Part shown: in pieces, positions 38,747 to 47,371 of the stretch
Numbering within the stretch: position 1 is the first letter of the stretch
How the letters are laid out: the number at the start of each line of letters is the position of its first letter
From: Minisyncoccota bacterium
GTDB taxonomy: Bacteria; Patescibacteriota; Minisyncoccia; Phycocordibacterales; Phycocordibacteraceae
NCBI GenBank assembly: GCA_022842585.1
Contig: JALHPI010000002.1
Location: 1 to 57,892, forward strand
Direction of reading: 5' to 3'
DNA length: 57,892 bases
The notes under the pieces: model-generated
What the model was told of the DNA's origin: nothing
Databases searched by the model: none
Seen by the model: the letters and a program-made list of their open reading frames with translations, nothing else
Program-made: the position numbers and the translations under genes

Positions 38747-39235
38747 GTGGAAAAGTACAAAAGGAACCCTAACGCCAGATGTTTCGTTTGTAAGAAACCA
38801 ACCTATTGTCGCCCTGCACAGATAAAAGAGAATGGGGGTCGGGTTTTTTGTAGTTCCCGCTGTTACGGAATATCAATCAGAAAAGAGCATCCTTGCGTCG
38901 TATGCAGCAAGCCTATTTTAGCGAGTGCGAATAAAAAAACATGTAGCAGGAGCTGCGCTAACACTCATCGTGCAGGTAATCTTTATAAAACTGGAGCACG
39001 CAAAGATAAAGTTCAGTACCAGAGAGGGCTAAAGATGCGTTTATTGGAAGCTCGGGAACCAGTATGCGAACGATGCGGGTACGATAAATACGAAATCATT
39101 AACGTCCACCATAAAGACCGAAATCGACAGCATAACGATTTTGAAAACCTCGAGTTACTTTGCCCAAATTGCCATGCGGAGGAGCATTACCTTGAAGGTA
39201 ATTGGTACAGTGGTAGGATAGGAAAAAGTACATAA
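38747..39235 (+). CDS. Zinc-ribbon-repeat HNH endonuclease
   Basis: CxxC..FCSxxC, CxxC..TCSRSC, CERC..VHHKD.N..HN...NL..LCPNCH..EH. Confidence 0.88.
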   Translation: MEKYKRNPNARCFVCKKPTYCRPAQIKENGGRVFCSSRCYGISIRKEHPCVVCSKPILASANKKTCSRSCANTHRAGNLYKTGARKDKVQYQRGLKMRLLEAREPVCERCGYDKYEIINVHHKDRNRQHNDFENLELLCPNCHAEEHYLEGNWYSGRIGKST

Positions 39236-39239
39236 AAAC

Positions 39240-39325
39240 GGAGGCGTGGCAGAGTTGGTCTATCGCACTTGTCTTGAAAACAAGAGTTCCGCAAGGGACC
39301 GTGAGTTCGAATCTCACCGCCTCCG
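39240..39325 (+). tRNA. tRNA-Ser(TGA)
   Basis: CTTGT-CT-TGA-AA-ACAAG; long variable arm; GTTCGAATC. Confidence 0.95.
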
Positions 39326-39370
39326 CTAAAAGTTTGAAGTTCTTGTATTTGTTGGTGCTATTATATTCGT

Positions 39371-39844
39371 ATGCGTCGTGGCCCACTGTTTGAATGGGAA
39401 GGGCGAGAGTATCGCTTTGAAGAAAAAAACGCCGATTGGTATTGGGCGCTTGGCATCATTGCTACCGCAGGTAGCATCGCGTCCATACTTTTCGGAAACA
39501 TGCTCCTCGGGTTGGTCATTGTGGCCGCGGCAATCTCTATTGCTATCGCGGCCGCGAAGCGGCCGCGCGTACATCGGTTCGCCATACATGAAGACGGGGT
39601 TTCCATTGATGACAGCCTGTATCCGTTTGAAAGCATGCTGCATTTTTCCGTACTTGAATACATCGATGAGACGCTCCCGCCCTCCCTTTCCATAAAAACG
39701 AAGCATCTGCTTGCGCCGCACCTCCTCATACCGATTGTCGGACATGACCCGGTGGAAATTTACGAATACGTATCCCTGCATCTTCCCGAAGGACGGCATG
39801 ATGAGTCGGTCATGGATCGTATTAGCGAATTGTTCCGTATCTAG
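39371..39844 (+). CDS. CPR-type membrane protein (two TMs plus PH-like domain)
   Basis: EW...EY...EK..DWYW, two TMs. Confidence 0.75.
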   Translation: MRRGPLFEWEGREYRFEEKNADWYWALGIIATAGSIASILFGNMLLGLVIVAAAISIAIAAAKRPRVHRFAIHEDGVSIDDSLYPFESMLHFSVLEYIDETLPPSLSIKTKHLLAPHLLIPIVGHDPVEIYEYVSLHLPEGRHDESVMDRISELFRI

Positions 39845-39960
39845 TTGCGAATACGCGCACAAAACGCTACAGTCAGCGTTATCGCTCTCGTATGTAGGCA
39901 TACGAGAGCTCGTTCGGAGACCATGCCAGCACGAGACGTGCTAGCATACTTCCTCACTTC

Positions 39961-40035
39961 GCTCTCGTCGTTCAATGGATAGGACGCTAGCTTGCGGAGC
40001 TGGTAATATAGGTTCGATTCCTATCGAGAGCACCA
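39961..40035 (+). tRNA. tRNA-Arg(GCG)
   Basis: CTAGC-TT-GCG-GA-GCTGG; encoded CCA. Confidence 0.93.
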
Positions 40036-40221
40036 AAGACAGAAACACTCGCCCAAGGCGAGTGTTCTGCTTTTCTGCTCTCGAGCACGCCTGGGAGGCG
40101 TGCATATAGGAATCGAAAGTCGGAGGCCTGTCGAGGCCGAGACGGGGTCGCGGAATTTTCCAGCAGGAAAATATCCGTGACCGATGCGTGCCTCATTCTT
40201 ATGAGGACACTTCCTATCGAG
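40036..40221 (+). repeat. tRNA-3'-associated element (family A) at tRNA-Arg(GCG)
   Basis: Antisense acceptor 40076-40084, antisense T-arm 40106-40117, core 40139-40183, direct copy 40211-40221. Confidence 0.85.
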
Positions 40222-40243
40222 GAATTTGGTATTGTAGTCCCAC

Positions 40244-40318
40244 GCTCCCATCGTTCAATGGATAGGACACTTCCCTCCGAAGGAAGAAATGCTGGTTCGA
40301 CTCCAGCTGGAAGCACCA
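40244..40318 (+). tRNA. tRNA-Arg(CCG)
   Basis: CTTCC-CT-CCG-AA-GGAAG; encoded CCA; C4-A69 mismatch. Confidence 0.92.
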
Positions 40319-40476
40319 ATGAAAAGGCGAAGCCTTGAATTCGGCTTCTGGCTGGAGTCGAAAGCCGGAAGCGCGTCGGCGCTGAGGCGGGGTCGAGGAA
40401 TTTTCCAGCAGGAAAATATCCGTGACCGATGCGTGCCTGCGGTCTTCGCAGGACACCTCCAGCTGGAAGCACCAAT
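40319..40476 (+). repeat. tRNA-3'-associated element (family A) at tRNA-Arg(CCG)
   Basis: Antisense 40344-40362, core 40384-40428, perfect 20-bp direct copy 40457-40476 of 40301-40320. Confidence 0.88.
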
Positions 40477-40507
40477 AAGAAAACCGCCCTAACGGGGCGG
40501 TTTTCTT
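40477..40507. terminator. Bidirectional terminator between the tRNA cluster and rpsT
   Basis: AAGAAAACCGCCC-TAACG-GGGCGGTTTTCTT. Confidence 0.85.
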
Positions 40508-40513
40508 GATTCT

Positions 40514-40762
40514 CTACTTTGCAGTTGCTTTCGCTACTGCCTTCGCGAGGCGGGACTTCTTGCGGTCCGCAGTGTTCTTCTTGATGATGCCGCGCTTTGC
40601 CGCCTTGTCGATAGCCTGGTATGCCTTCGAAAGGGACTCCGTGGTCATCTCCTTGCGCGCATCCTTGGTCGCTCCGGAGAGTACTTTCTTGCGGCGCACG
40701 TTGAAAACGTGCTTCTTAAGGGAAGCGCGGTGGGCCTTCTTTGCTGATTTCGTTATTGCCAT
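40514..40762 (-). CDS. rpsT: 30S ribosomal protein bS20
   Basis: KSAKK, IDKAAKRGIIKKN.A.RKKSRL. Confidence 0.97.
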   Translation of the reverse strand: MAITKSAKKAHRASLKKHVFNVRRKKVLSGATKDARKEMTTESLSKAYQAIDKAAKRGIIKKNTADRKKSRLAKAVAKATAK

Positions 40763-40819
40763 GTGGTTTGCAAGATACGCTATTTTAAGCGTACGCGCAA
40801 GAAGTGCTAGGATACCTGC

Positions 40820-41371
40820 ATGATACGAGAGATACGCGGCACAGTGCTCTCCGTCGAGCCTGCAGGCATCGTGGTAGATATCGCCGGTTGGGGCGTACTG
40901 GTCGCCGTCCCCTCCCCTGACGCTTTCTCACCTGATGAGCAGGTGACACTTAAAACCCATTTGGCGGTAAAGCAGGATGGTATGGATTTGTACGGCTTCA
41001 AAGACCCGAAAGATCTCCGCTTTTTTGAGCTTTGTCTTTCAGTCTCGGGAGTAGGCCCTAAAACCGCGCTCTCCATTCTCCGCCGTGCCCCAAGAGAAAA
41101 CCTCGAGGCCGCTATCGGGAAGCGCGACGTGCAGTATCTCACCCGCGTCGTAGGTCTAGGTAAAAAAGCCGCCGAAAAGTTAGTGGTGGAAATAAGCGAA
41201 AAAATAAGCGTGATGGAATCTTCGGATTCAGGCGAAGACGCAGAAGTGTTTGATACGCTTGTGGCGCTCGGCTACACCGAGCGCGAAGCGCGTAAAGCGG
41301 TTGGAGCCATTCCTTCCTCAGTCGAAGGAAAGGAGGCGCGTCTGAAGTCCGCGCTCTCGATACAGCCGTAG
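40820..41371 (+). CDS. ruvA: Holliday junction branch migration protein RuvA
   Basis: LYGF, VSGVGPKTAL, GLGKK.AEK, L.ALGY. Confidence 0.96.
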   Translation: MIREIRGTVLSVEPAGIVVDIAGWGVLVAVPSPDAFSPDEQVTLKTHLAVKQDGMDLYGFKDPKDLRFFELCLSVSGVGPKTALSILRRAPRENLEAAIGKRDVQYLTRVVGLGKKAAEKLVVEISEKISVMESSDSGEDAEVFDTLVALGYTEREARKAVGAIPSSVEGKEARLKSALSIQP

Positions 41372-41373
41372 GT

Positions 41374-42630
41374 ATGTTGAAAGCACTGCTCGAAAAAATA
41401 CTTCCCTATCGCGTGTATCTCGCGCTCGTTGGTCCGTATCATTATCTTCGTACCTTCCTCAGCGCTCTTGATAATGGTTTTCCGGCACGGAACATGACCG
41501 TTATCGGTATAAACGGCACGAAGGGAAAATCTACCACCGCCGATATGCTCTTCGCGGTATTGCGTGCGCACGGATGCAAGACCGCGCTTGCCTCGACCAT
41601 TCGCTTTGCGGTAGACGAAGAGTCGGAACCGAACCTCTACAAGATGACGATGCCGGGGCACGGCTTCCTGCAAAAATTTCTCGCAAATGCACGTAGGCAG
41701 GGCGCAACCCATGCCGTGGTCGAGCTCACCACAGAAGGGGCCCGCCAGTACCGCCATGCCTTTTTATATCTCGATGCGCTCATTATGCTCAACGTGCAAC
41801 GCGAGCACATAGAATCCCACGGCTCATTTGAAAAGTACGTTGCAAAAAAATGGACCCTTGTACACGCCCTGGAACGCTCGCCGAAAAAGAATCGCGCCAT
41901 CGCTGTCTGCACAGATGACGCAGAAAATGCGCGCTTCATGGAGGCGACCGTTCCTACTCGACACGCGTTTTCGCACACGGACCTCTCGAACCTCGTGCTC
42001 GCCGAACGCTCTGTGTCATTTACGTACAAAGGCATTTTGTTCTCCGTACCCATGCCGGGCGCTTTCAATGCGGTAAACGCTCTTGCAGCCATTACTATCG
42101 CTGAACACCTGCACATCCCTCTTGAAACAATCGCACGTGCACTTGCCACGTTGCCGGTCGTCCGCGGACGTCTCGAGCATATCGAGTGCGGTCAGGACTT
42201 TACTGCAGTCGTCGACTACGCCCACACGCCAGATTCCTTACGCGCGCTCTATGAAGCGTTTCCGGGACGGAAAATATGCGTGCTCGGAAACACCGGCGGC
42301 GGGCGTGATGCATGGAAGCGCCCGGAGATGGGTAAGATTGCAGACGCTCTGTGTGACGAGGTCATCCTTACGGACGAAGACCCGTACGATGAAGACCCGA
42401 AACAGATTGTGGAAGCGATGGCGGAAGGTATGGAGAAAAGGCCGTCTATCATCATGGATAGACGCGAAGCGATTAGAACCGCGCTTACACACGCAAAGAA
42501 AGGAGACGCGGTGCTTATAAGCGGGAAAGGCACGGACCCGTACATCATGAAAGCGAACGGAGAGAAGCTGCGCTGGAGCGATGCGGAAGTAGTGCGCGAA
42601 GAACTGCAAAAGCTCGGACACACTTCGTAG
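41374..42630 (+). CDS. murE: Mur ligase, MurE-like
   Basis: GINGTKGKSTT, GRLE, VDYAHTPD, GGGRD..KR..MG, DEDP, ISGKG. Confidence 0.88.
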   Translation: MLKALLEKILPYRVYLALVGPYHYLRTFLSALDNGFPARNMTVIGINGTKGKSTTADMLFAVLRAHGCKTALASTIRFAVDEESEPNLYKMTMPGHGFLQKFLANARRQGATHAVVELTTEGARQYRHAFLYLDALIMLNVQREHIESHGSFEKYVAKKWTLVHALERSPKKNRAIAVCTDDAENARFMEATVPTRHAFSHTDLSNLVLAERSVSFTYKGILFSVPMPGAFNAVNALAAITIAEHLHIPLETIARALATLPVVRGRLEHIECGQDFTAVVDYAHTPDSLRALYEAFPGRKICVLGNTGGGRDAWKRPEMGKIADALCDEVILTDEDPYDEDPKQIVEAMAEGMEKRPSIIMDRREAIRTALTHAKKGDAVLISGKGTDPYIMKANGEKLRWSDAEVVREELQKLGHTS

Positions 42631-42649
42631 AGCTTGCTATCATAGGCGC

Positions 42650-43546
42650 ATGCGCGCAGACCTTTTTTCATTCCTTGGGATACTTGTCCTTATTTTCGTA
42701 CTCTGGGCTGCTTCCGGCGGACCGTCTCGACCCATCTCGTTTTCAGGACCGTACCTGATGCCCATCACGACGACCGGAACGACCGCACAGCCCTACGGTG
42801 ACCCGACTAAATTCTCAAGCATCAATACGAACGTGACCGTCGGACTACAGGGAGTATCTACGTCAGGCGGAGTGTCCGCATATAGCAACTCTGTTTCTTT
42901 TTCTCGTGACCTTTCAGGAGCTTCCCAAACCGACCCTGAAAACGAATACGTCGTAATTCTTGTTTCGGGAGCAAGCGATATGACGATTTCAACCGCAGGA
43001 TGGAAGCTCGTGAGTAAGGCAACTGGTGCGGGTGCGCCGCTCCCGCTTGGGACCGAAGTTCCCCGCTCCGGCCGAGTGAATCCACTCTCGCCGATACTGC
43101 TCCGCGGAGGAGACCAGATGATTGTCACGAGCGGTCGTTCTCCAGTAGGCGTCTCCTTCAAGGAAAATAAGTGTGCCGGATACTTCGAGGAAAATCAGGA
43201 CTTCAATCCCTCGCTCCAGACAAACTGCCCTACCGCATCCCAAGAGTTCTCCCGTTTCTTTGACGGCGAAGATGAAAGAGGTACCTGCGTGGCATACGTA
43301 CGCTCTATCCCGTACTGCTCTACTGAGACGCGCGCCGCAAATAACATCTCTTCTTCCTGCGAGAACTTCGTGGAAAAGCACCTAAACTACAACGGTTGCG
43401 TGGATACCCATAAAGCCGATTCAGATTTCCTTGGCTCTACGTGGCGCGTATTCCTCGGGAGCCGCGACGAACTCTGGCGCACCAATCGCGAGACCATTAC
43501 GCTCCTTGATGGGCAGAACAAGGTCATCGACTCCATTACCTACTAG
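42650..43546 (+). CDS. Exported Cys-containing protein with lamin-tail-like motifs
   Basis: N-terminal TM; EYV.I, GWKL, W....ETITLLD..KVID. Confidence 0.7.
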   Translation: MRADLFSFLGILVLIFVLWAASGGPSRPISFSGPYLMPITTTGTTAQPYGDPTKFSSINTNVTVGLQGVSTSGGVSAYSNSVSFSRDLSGASQTDPENEYVVILVSGASDMTISTAGWKLVSKATGAGAPLPLGTEVPRSGRVNPLSPILLRGGDQMIVTSGRSPVGVSFKENKCAGYFEENQDFNPSLQTNCPTASQEFSRFFDGEDERGTCVAYVRSIPYCSTETRAANNISSSCENFVEKHLNYNGCVDTHKADSDFLGSTWRVFLGSRDELWRTNRETITLLDGQNKVIDSITY

Positions 43547-43581
43547 AAATAGGGAGCGGTAAGTGGTAGGTTAGTGGAATT

Positions 43582-43654
43582 GCGCCTATAGCTCAGTTGG
43601 TAGAGCAGTTCCCTTTTAAGGAATTGGTCCCTGGTTCGAGTCCAGGTGGGCGCA
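43582..43654 (+). tRNA. tRNA-Lys(TTT)
   Basis: GTTCC-CT-TTT-AA-GGAAT; GTTCGAGTC. Confidence 0.95.
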
Positions 43655-44078
43655 CAAACAAGAAACATAGGATTAGAATATTGAGTAAGAGACTCAATAT
43701 CAGCAGCAACAGGCTCCATAACTTATGACTACCCGAATCTTGAGCGAGAAAATTCACAGAACCGATGTACCTCTGTTCTGAGATTTTTGAGCTTGAGGCA
43801 AAGGAAAGACGGTTATCAATATGGGACTTGAATTTCTCTTTTTCAAAAGCACAGGAAGTCGGCGATTGACTTTCGCAGATAGATTTACCGATGAGAAGCG
43901 AAAGAATGGCTTCATCAGAAGCCTGCGCTAGATTGTTTTGGTCTTCCAACATCACGGTTCCGTGTTGAAGAACTTTGAATATTTTTTCTTCATAAGACGC
44001 ATCATTGTACGAACCAGCCACCTGAAATATGCCCGATAGGACCAGAAGACCTGTGATGATAATTTCTTTTTTACTCAT
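43593..44078 (-). CDS. AT-rich hypothetical two-TM protein; 3' end overlaps tRNA-Lys antisense
   Basis: ATG coupled to the holA stop; N- and C-terminal hydrophobic helices. Confidence 0.55.
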   Translation of the reverse strand: MSKKEIIITGLLVLSGIFQVAGSYNDASYEEKIFKVLQHGTVMLEDQNNLAQASDEAILSLLIGKSICESQSPTSCAFEKEKFKSHIDNRLSFASSSKISEQRYIGSVNFLAQDSGSHKLWSLLLLILSLLLNILILCFLFVRPPGLEPGTNSLKGNCSTN

Positions 44079-44725
44079 ATCGTCAATGCCCACCGCTCCA
44101 ACCCTTCCTTCAGCCCCAACTCCCCTCCCCGTGAATCGCTCAATAATTCCACAAGCTCAACAGAAAGCTTTCGTGCGCCATCCTTCCCCCACGCCCTGTT
44201 CCCTTTCTGCATCATGTCACGCGCCTTCCAGTGGAGAAGGCCATGCACCGCTTCGGGCGCATCCCCCTGCCGAAGCGCCTTCGCCACTTCTTTCCAGAGC
44301 GCTTCCCTATTCTTATTACCAAGCGCATCCACTAAGGAAGAGTTGAAACCGCGCGCCTCTTTCTTTTCTGTCGCGTCTATCTTAAATACTTTTTCCGCTT
44401 TCGCTTCAAGTTTCTTCGCGCGCGCCGCAAGAAGCTTCGGGGCGAGTATGCCGATAGGGTTTGCGGACTCCGCGAGCATATCTAGATGCTCGAGCACTAT
44501 TTCTCCCGCATCTTTCACATCAAACGGGTCATCTAGAAGTACGAGCGTCTTGGTATAGAAAAGGCCCTGGGTGCCAACCGCTTCAAGAAGTGATTGCTTC
44601 GTGATGGCGTCCGCGCCAAGCCGAATATAGGCTGCGTCCGGCTGTTTTGCTCGTGCGGCCGCTATCCACTGGAATGCTTTCGCCCGAGCCTTCGCACTAT
44701 CGGTTCCGTGAAAAAGATAAATCAC
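44075..44725 (-). CDS. holA: DNA polymerase III delta subunit (short CPR form)
   Basis: IYLFHGTD, GLF..K.LVLL, F..LVDALG.K; GTG start inferred. Confidence 0.7.
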   Translation of the reverse strand: MIYLFHGTDSAKARAKAFQWIAAARAKQPDAAYIRLGADAITKQSLLEAVGTQGLFYTKTLVLLDDPFDVKDAGEIVLEHLDMLAESANPIGILAPKLLAARAKKLEAKAEKVFKIDATEKKEARGFNSSLVDALGNKNREALWKEVAKALRQGDAPEAVHGLLHWKARDMMQKGNRAWGKDGARKLSVELVELLSDSRGGELGLKEGLERWALTI

Positions 44726-44787
44726 TACCCCATTGTACTCTCGTATGGAAAACAAGGGGAGGCGTCCCGAGGGGCGCCTCCTACGTG

Positions 44788-44940
44788 CTAGAACCAGTTT
44801 TTGGACATCATCTCCACGAGCGCACTGATTCCTGAAATCACTCCCCACCATACCAATCCGCAGTAGGTGAGTACAAGAATGCAGAAACAGAGCTTTCCGT
44901 AGTCAATGTGCCCATTCTGGGCAGGTGCTTGTTTCGCCAT
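44788..44940 (-). CDS. Unannotated 50-aa single-TM small protein
   Basis: GGAGG RBS, MAKQAPAQNGHIDYGKLCFCILVLTYCGLVWWGVISGISALVEMMSKNWF, hairpin at 44759-44781 downstream. Confidence 0.55.
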   Translation of the reverse strand: MAKQAPAQNGHIDYGKLCFCILVLTYCGLVWWGVISGISALVEMMSKNWF

Positions 44941-44977
44941 GGTTTCCTCCCTTGGCTTATCCGCACTATATACCTTC

Positions 44978-47371
44978 CTATAGTTTCTGCATCTCTCCCC
45001 AGTTTTGCCCCACGCGCGCTTCCGCGATGACCGGTACAGTATTCGCCTCTTTTTCGGTCAAAATAGTTTCCATTAGGTGCTCTATTTTTGGTGCGAGCTC
45101 CGCTACGCGCTCGTTTTTTATTTCATACACGAGTTCGTCGTGCACCTGAAGCAAGAGGTACGCATCCTGAAGTGCGTTTTCTGTTTCAAGCATCGCTTCT
45201 ATCTTCACCATCGCGAGCTTGATGATGTCGGACTGCGTTCCTTGTATCGGCGCGTTTATCGCCATACGCTCCGCCTGTGAGCGCACATACGGCAGGGGCG
45301 ACTTCATCTCCGGGAACTGGCGACGGCGCCCAAACAAGGTCTCGGTATACCCGTTTTTTCGCGCAAATCCCTTCGTACTTTCAAGATACTGTGCGAGCGT
45401 TGCAAACGTACTGAAATAGTCATCATAAAACTGGTGCGCTTCCGCGGTCGTAGTACCCAAGGAAGCGCGAAGCGAATTCACACCCATGCCGTAGAGGATG
45501 CCGAAGTTTATGGCCTTAGCTTTTCGGCGCATTTCAGCATCCACGTTTTGAGGTGCGACTTTGAAGACACGCGCGGCAACTTCAGTATGTACGTCGCGTC
45601 CGCTCCGGAATATCTCGCAGAGCTTTTCGTCTTTGGAGAGAATGGCCGCAAGCCGCAGCTCTATCTGCGAGTAGTCGAGCGCGACCAAGGTCGAGCCTTT
45701 GGGCGCGATGAATGCGTTGCGGATGAGGCGCCCGCGCTCGCTTCGTATCGGAATGTTCTGCAAGTTCGGATTCTGACTTGCCATGCGCCCCGTGGTCGTA
45801 CCGCTCGCGATGAATTCCGCATGAAGGCGGTCGTCGCTATCAAGAAGCGGAGTGAGTGCTTCTATATAGGTAGAGAGGAGCTTCTGCACTTCCCGATACT
45901 CGAGGATATCATCCACTATCGGATGGAGCTCGCGTATTTTCTCAAGCTCGCTTTCGCGGGTGGAGCGCTGACCGGTCGCGGTTTTCTTCTGTCCTTTCGC
46001 AATGAGACCAAGGTCGTCAAAGAGGATTTCGCCGAGCTGCTTCGGAGAGCTTATGTTGAACTCCTTCCCCGCCGCCCCATAGATACGCTTCTCTATGGCC
46101 TCAAGGTCGGCACGGTATTTCTTTTGAAGCGCACCGAGTGCTTTGCGGTCTATGAGTACGCCATGTTCTTCCATACGGAGCAGGACGGGCACTAGGGGCT
46201 TCTCGATATCTTTATACACTTTGTATACCTCCGGCGTTTCCTTGAGCTTCTCTTCGAGCGTCGCGTACGCCTCATCAAACGTCTTCGCTTCCCCGTATGC
46301 AAGGATGTCGTCTTCGGTCGGGTTCGTGAACTCCGAGTGCGAGAGCCACAGCAGCGCCTGCGCTTCGCGGAAACGCTGCTTCGGTATCTCTTCTTTTTCC
46401 TCCGGCGGTTCATCTTCCCCTCCCCCACTCTCCTCTTCATCGTCTGCCGACTCATCGAGCGCCGCCTGCACGCGCGGGCGAAGCGAGCGGAATCCGAGCT
46501 CATCAAACATCTTTAAAATTGCAGGTAAGGTCGTGCCGTCGTGCCATGCAGTGTCTTCGATACGAAACGCAATGGGAGCGTCACGACGAATGGTCGCGAG
46601 CATCTTCGAGAAGAGCGCGTCCTCCTCGTGCTCCTTCAGGAGGTTCACGATGCGCGGCTTGATGCCCTTGTCCAAAAGCTTCTGTTCGCTTTTCTTCAAA
46701 ACCTTGTACATATCCTCCACGCTTCCGAAGTTCGTCACGAGGTCGGTCGCGGTTTTGTCTCCTATGCCTGGGACGCCCTTGATGTTGTCTGACGGGTCGC
46801 CGCGCAGTCCCTTATAGTCGGGTATGAGTGCTGGCAAGAACCCGAAGCGTTCCATGACCGCCTTCTCGTCATAGAGAATGGTGTCGTTGAACCCTTTCTT
46901 CAACGTGTAGACGCGCACCTTTCTTCCGTCGATGAGTTGAAGCGCGTCCATATCGCCGGTCGCGATGATGATTTCAACACTCTCGTCTTTTGCGAGAAGC
47001 TCCACGATGGTGCCGAGCAGGTCGTCTGCTTCAAATCCCGCGCGGTCATACATCGGGATACCGAAAGCTTCGAATATCTTGCGCGAGCTCTGGAGCTGGG
47101 CGATAAGCGCATCATCTGTCTTCTGCCTCGTACCTTTGTATTCCGCATACGCTTCGTGTCGCACAGTCGGTTTCGGAAGGTCGTAACAGGCGGCAAGGTA
47201 CTCGGGCTCAAGGTCGTTGATGATGCGGATGAGCATCGAGGAGAGGCCATAGAGGGCGCCGGTAGGTTCTCCCGTGGAAGAGGTGAAGTCCGGGAGCGCA
47301 TGGTACGCGCGGTGGATGATGGCATGCGCATCGAGCAAGACGAGGCGCTTGGTTTCTAATTTCTTACTCAT
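44978..47371 (-). CDS. polA: DNA polymerase I
   Basis: 5' nuclease (LLDAH..IHRAYHA, FEADD, GDPSDNI.GV.GIG.KTA); TTTGR.AS..PNLQNIP, DYSQIELR, LQVHDEL. Confidence 0.98.
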   Translation of the reverse strand: MSKKLETKRLVLLDAHAIIHRAYHALPDFTSSTGEPTGALYGLSSMLIRIINDLEPEYLAACYDLPKPTVRHEAYAEYKGTRQKTDDALIAQLQSSRKIFEAFGIPMYDRAGFEADDLLGTIVELLAKDESVEIIIATGDMDALQLIDGRKVRVYTLKKGFNDTILYDEKAVMERFGFLPALIPDYKGLRGDPSDNIKGVPGIGDKTATDLVTNFGSVEDMYKVLKKSEQKLLDKGIKPRIVNLLKEHEEDALFSKMLATIRRDAPIAFRIEDTAWHDGTTLPAILKMFDELGFRSLRPRVQAALDESADDEEESGGGEDEPPEEKEEIPKQRFREAQALLWLSHSEFTNPTEDDILAYGEAKTFDEAYATLEEKLKETPEVYKVYKDIEKPLVPVLLRMEEHGVLIDRKALGALQKKYRADLEAIEKRIYGAAGKEFNISSPKQLGEILFDDLGLIAKGQKKTATGQRSTRESELEKIRELHPIVDDILEYREVQKLLSTYIEALTPLLDSDDRLHAEFIASGTTTGRMASQNPNLQNIPIRSERGRLIRNAFIAPKGSTLVALDYSQIELRLAAILSKDEKLCEIFRSGRDVHTEVAARVFKVAPQNVDAEMRRKAKAINFGILYGMGVNSLRASLGTTTAEAHQFYDDYFSTFATLAQYLESTKGFARKNGYTETLFGRRRQFPEMKSPLPYVRSQAERMAINAPIQGTQSDIIKLAMVKIEAMLETENALQDAYLLLQVHDELVYEIKNERVAELAPKIEHLMETILTEKEANTVPVIAEARVGQNWGEMQKL

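Noticed and set aside
39883..39908. Hairpin GCTCTCGTATG/CATACGAGAGC echoing the tRNA-Arg(GCG) acceptor stem
   Set aside because: The match is only 7-8 nt and may be a chance or ordinary terminator hairpin.
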